Below are positions 40,201 to 44,251 of a stretch of 44,251 bases of DNA, one piece after another; position 1 is the stretch's first letter, and each line of letters begins with the position of its first letter. The stretch is from Choristocarpus tenellus KU-1152 (taxonomy: Eukaryota; Protista; Phaeophyceae). The notes below the pieces were generated by a model, which saw nothing but the letters and a program-made list of their open reading frames with translations, was not told the DNA's origin and did not search any database. The position numbers and the translations under genes are program-made. The DNA lies in assembly GCA_964200185.2 (NCBI GenBank), contig CAXNAD020000025.1, forward strand, positions 1 to 44,251. The letters are read 5' to 3'.

Positions 40201-42526
40201 CTTATACAAAAAAACTAGAAAGTACCTCTGCCGTACGTAGCATGCCAACCATGTAGTGTCCTCATCTTCACTTGGCATCTTGCACAGGCCATGTAGAAAT
40301 ACTCCAAAGGAAAACTTTGATATTTACAAACAGATGGAAGTGGGCACAAAAAAGCTGACTGAGAGACAACGTCGCCCATGCCGCTTCACCCAGCAAGAGA
40401 CCGCCTAATTGCCTCCATGATCTCAGCACCATCAAACTCCTCTCCACCTGATGGTGCAGGGGCAGCCTGCTGCGGGGATAATAACAAGGAGGAGGAAAAT
40501 CAGGGTGTAGGTCAAGATGAACAAGTTACTCTGAAAATATTGTTTTCTTGAAGTGAGCAGCATTCCAATGCCCATTCATCCAATTCCCTAGCTTGGTGGA
40601 CCACTAGGGACTGTCAGTTGTTCCAACCTGAAGATCAACCATGATGCATCTCACTGAGTGTTGAAATCATTTCAAGGCTAAGCCTGTACAGAAATCACAA
40701 TTCACACTACATTTTATCCCCCAAAGCTGAACTGTTCTTGGTAGGAATTGTAGTCCCCAGGGTCAAAGACGTAACCGGGATTGATTTGGTGGCACAGTGG
40801 ATAATACCAATACTGCATTGCATTTGTTCAAGGTTGAGTCTGGGTCCATCTCCCCATTACATGGAACAAAACGCTGTAGATGTGGCCATTAGAGATACTC
40901 ACACATGTGCACACACTCACACACATTGATTACATCAAGCTTGGTAAAACATAAACTTTCTTTATCACTTCACTTCTGATAGGCATCAATATGTGTGTGG
41001 GGTTCAGTACTCACTGACTCATGATCTTTGAGGTGAACTGGAGGTATGCCATGTCAAACAGTGTAAGAAGTTACAAGTTTGGAGGGGTCAAATGCCTGGC
41101 TTGTGAGGTCATGCAAAGGTTGCCAAATAATAGAGTGAAGTGTTTGGCACCCCCAAATCAATGCAGAACCCCATCCCTAGTGTTTGTCATGATGGAACAC
41201 ATTGTTGGCCAATTTGCCAAGGGTGCAAATTCTGCTTACCGAGACCTCCAGGTTGTTATTGGTTGTGACCTTCTCCATCAGTTCATTCCAAAGCTCGGTC
41301 CACTTCCTCACCACCACATCAAAGTGGTTCTTATCAACAGTACAGAATACAAGGACAGACCGCAGTGGGATGCAAGCCACCCCATCCCTGTCCGATCATC
41401 CCTGAAAGTTGCCGTAAGACAGATCCTGTGTGTGCCACCAAGATAGAGTAAGTGAGGCGGGGGTAGGACAGGTTTGACCCTGAGAAATTCATTGGGCATC
41501 CATCCAGAATATCCCTCTGCAGGACGGTATGAGTTGGATACTGAGTCAAAAGAAGAGAGGTGTTAGACATAAGGTGTACCCTTACCTGAATCTCGCCATC
41601 TCCTTCCCTTATCTGCTGGCACGAATCCACAGACACTCCAAACACCCACCCAATGACCCCTCCTCCATCCATGTTGGGCTGACTGGAGTGGTTGATCTGC
41701 AGGGTGTCCTCCATCTGATAGGTGAAGGTTTTCATAGAGGAGAAGCAAAGATACATGTGTGGGACTTGCGATGCTCTTTTAAAAAATACAATCATCACGT
41801 ATGTGCAGAGAAGTTAAAAAAAAATCTTGGTCAATATAAGTTGTACCAAGTATACAAAATACGTGTCAGAACTTACTCACCTCTGTGCCCTTCGAGTCAA
41901 TCCCAAGGAGCTTCAGACCCTCTGCACGGGCAAGACGGCCCAGAATCAACAGCCCACGGTCAATAGAGCCCGTTCCATCACCTGTGAGGGTTTCCAGGGC
42001 ATCGCGGCCTGCCGACACTCCCCCCCTACCCCCAGACAGCCTTGAGAGGTACCCCATGGCCTTTCCGATGTCCAGGTGGAACTGGTCCGACTGAAAAGGA
42101 TTAGAGAGGGAATTGATCGAGTTCGGAAGAGTGGTTGGTCCCCTTGGGAAGAATGTGGATGAGAGAGTCAGAACAGATGTATACCATTGAAATTTGCATT
42201 TCACACCTGCCAGGAACCTTGCCAGGGAGATCGCATGTGCATCTATGTGTGGTCCAGCCACTAATGGCTACATAGAACTATATCTACATAGGTCCAGTAC
42301 CCAAGAGTAAACTCTTACATTGCAGAGGTCACACGTTAAGGACCGCATCACCTACGCAACGAGTTCAGATTCTGGAAGACCAGTCTGGCTCAGCAAACAC
42401 TTGGGGCAGAAGGTCTTTCTTGTGGGGTTAAGGCAAGGAGACACCCATCATTGTGCTCTATAGTCTATGCACACCAATCCATCGCATCTAGCTCTCTATC
42501 AAGCACAATGTGTGGAAATGTCATGG

Positions 42527-42530
<4 letters not shown>

Positions 42531-42564
<34 letters not shown>
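42531..42564 (+). repeat. (GA)17 microsatellite
   Basis: Directly visible; lies in an intron of the OTU-like pseudogene. Confidence 0.95.
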
Positions 42565-42567
<3 letters not shown>

Positions 42568-43429
42568 CAATACCGAGGGTTTGGCAAGGTCAAGTGAACA
42601 CTGCAACACACTGCAACATGAGTTCATTTCACTTCAAGGACACTAGGAGTTGAAACCCACATTCTCCCTCTCCCCATTCACAAGGAAGGGGATGTGGCAC
42701 AAGGCCTTGGTCCTGGCCATGATGCGACCTCCAAGTGTTGCTGGATCCATTGCCAATTCAATTGCAATTGTCATCATCACTGCTCGGTAGAAGCAGTTCC
42801 CGTCTGACCTGCAGGGCACCACTATCCTCTGTAGTCTAGTGACAATTTTTTCGGGGGTGTACACCCCAGCCCTCTCATACCAGACCCCATTGAGTTTCAT
42901 GTTCAGGGTATAGTTGACCTGTGACAAAGGTAGAACTTGATGGGATAAGTCATAGTCTTCTTGTGAATACGTGGGTCCCCAACCTATTAATAGAACATGC
43001 ATGCAATTTGAATATTCTAGGATGGGCGGCGGTAGTGGCAGGCGTGTGGCCCTTGTGAGGGTCATCAAACAATGCTATGGGCCTCAAGTGTGCTCAGTTA
43101 GAAATGGTATTGCCGCGTCTGCACCACGCCACTCTATGGCTGGTGGTTCTCAAGCTCTTCTGTCACCTCTTCTGTCACCTCTTCTGCCAAATAGTATAAT
43201 ACCTTGTACAAGGTTCCACATGGTGGAATTCAGGCTTTGTGCCACCCATGTCATCCAAGCAACCTCCCAACCCCATATCTATTAAATGCTGTAAGTTGTT
43301 CCTCTGCAACTCCTCCTCAACCTTTTGCATTTCCTTTACATCCATCTTGACCCTGATCAAACCCAGACAGAGACTAACTGGTTTTACAGACTTACCATCA
43401 AGTCAGGGTCGGTTACAAACACGTCATCA

Positions 43430-43840
43430 CCGCCTGCCTCCCCTCCCCCCTCTCCACCCTTACTCTCCTCCTCCCCTGCCTCCTCCACTCCACCCTCTCC
43501 AATCTTGCTCTCCTCCTCCCCTGCCTCCTCCACTCCACCCTCTCCACTCTTGCTCTCCTCCTCCCTTCCACCCTCTCCACCCTTGCACTCTTCATCCTCT
43601 GCCTCCTCCACTCCACCCTCTCCACCCTTGTTTTCCTCATCCTCTGCCTCCTCCCCTGTCTCCTCCACTCCACCCTCTCCACCCTTGCTCTCCTCTTCCC
43701 TTCCACCCTCTCCCCCCTTGCTCCCCTCATCCTCTGCCTCCTCCACTCCACCCTCTCCACCCTTGCTCTCCTCATCACCTGCCTCCTCCCCTCCACCCTC
43801 TCCACCCTTGCTCCCCTCATCACCTGCCTCCTCCACTCCC
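43430..43840 (-). repeat. 45-bp minisatellite with 33- and 57-bp variants (~9-10 units) encoding GGEGGVEEAGDEESK
   Basis: All unit lengths are multiples of 3, which explains the overlapping low-complexity ORFs in several frames on both strands. Confidence 0.9.
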
Positions 43841-44251
43841 ATCCTACCCAGGACATTGGTATTTGTCCCCACCACCTGGGCTTCCCCCCTTTGGAAGAAA
43901 AGCAAAGAAATCATAGCACCAACACACAGAAATGGGGGTAGATACACCTCAGAGGGAGGGATGAAACTACCCACTTCCCTGCTGCACCAGTGAACATGGG
44001 TGGCATAAATGAGTCATTTGCATTACCTGAATGTGTGAGGTTGCAATCGGGGGTTGGTCCTTTATCACAGCACCAATGATCTCAACCCCCAACCCAACCA
44101 ACATGTTTGCTCCCAACCATCACCATTTTACATCAACCTTACTCTTGCGTGTGTAAATGGTCATGGCAGAAGCCACTCACAAGAAAACAGAGCAAAATAC
44201 AGTTACATTTCCATACTCCATACATTATGGTGTACCTGCCATAACCACTCC

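Larger units (their letters stand above)
39837..43978 (-). pseudogene. Decayed multi-exon OTU-like cysteine protease (deubiquitinase) gene with acidic G/E repeat; 5' end probably near or beyond the window edge
   Basis: Exon-like segments 43978-43396, 43352-43210, 42983-42661 (VPCRSDGNCFYRAV, OTU Cys box), 42090-41881, 41714-41586, 41540-41479 (GWMPNEFLR), 41425-41240 (DKNHFDVV, His box), 41095-41015, 40873-40776, and further small exons down to ~39837. In-frame TGA at 41396-41398, further stops in downstream exons, and phase conflicts implying frameshifts. Confidence 0.6.

Noticed and set aside
43239-43993. Two long plus-strand Pro/Ser/His-rich ORFs (extensin-like)
   Set aside because: Antisense shadows of a triplet-periodic minisatellite; splice signals and the OTU exons are on the minus strand.

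Overview
Eukaryotic, intron-rich nuclear DNA, most likely from a photosynthetic stramenopile (ochrophyte, brown-alga-like). This is inferred from a nuclear cbbX with a bipartite signal peptide + 'SAF' plastid-targeting leader and from stramenopile-type bZIP basic regions. Six apparently intact spliced genes were reconstructed by hand with consistent intron phases: (1) nuclear CbbX red-type Rubisco activase (+, 9 exons); (2) a Ygr210/YchF(Obg)-family paralog in which the nucleotide-binding motifs G1-G4 are all degenerate, a candidate pseudo-GTPase (-, 2 exons); (3) a double-bZIP transcription factor (+, 2 exons), head-to-head with gene 2; (4) RRP9/U3-55K (+, 9 exons, one GC-AG intron); (5) dynactin p22/DCTN3 (-, 5 exons); (6) a class I SAM-methyltransferase (MidA/NDUFAF7-like) + TPR protein (+, 15 exons, one GC-AG intron), head-to-head with gene 5. 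The last ~4.5 kb holds a decayed OTU-protease gene with unusually short introns and an acidic minisatellite. There are probable transposon remnants at the left edge, near 6 kb and at 36-37 kb. Most ORFs in the supplied track are intronic or antisense noise. All family assignments come from motif recognition; no database searches were run.
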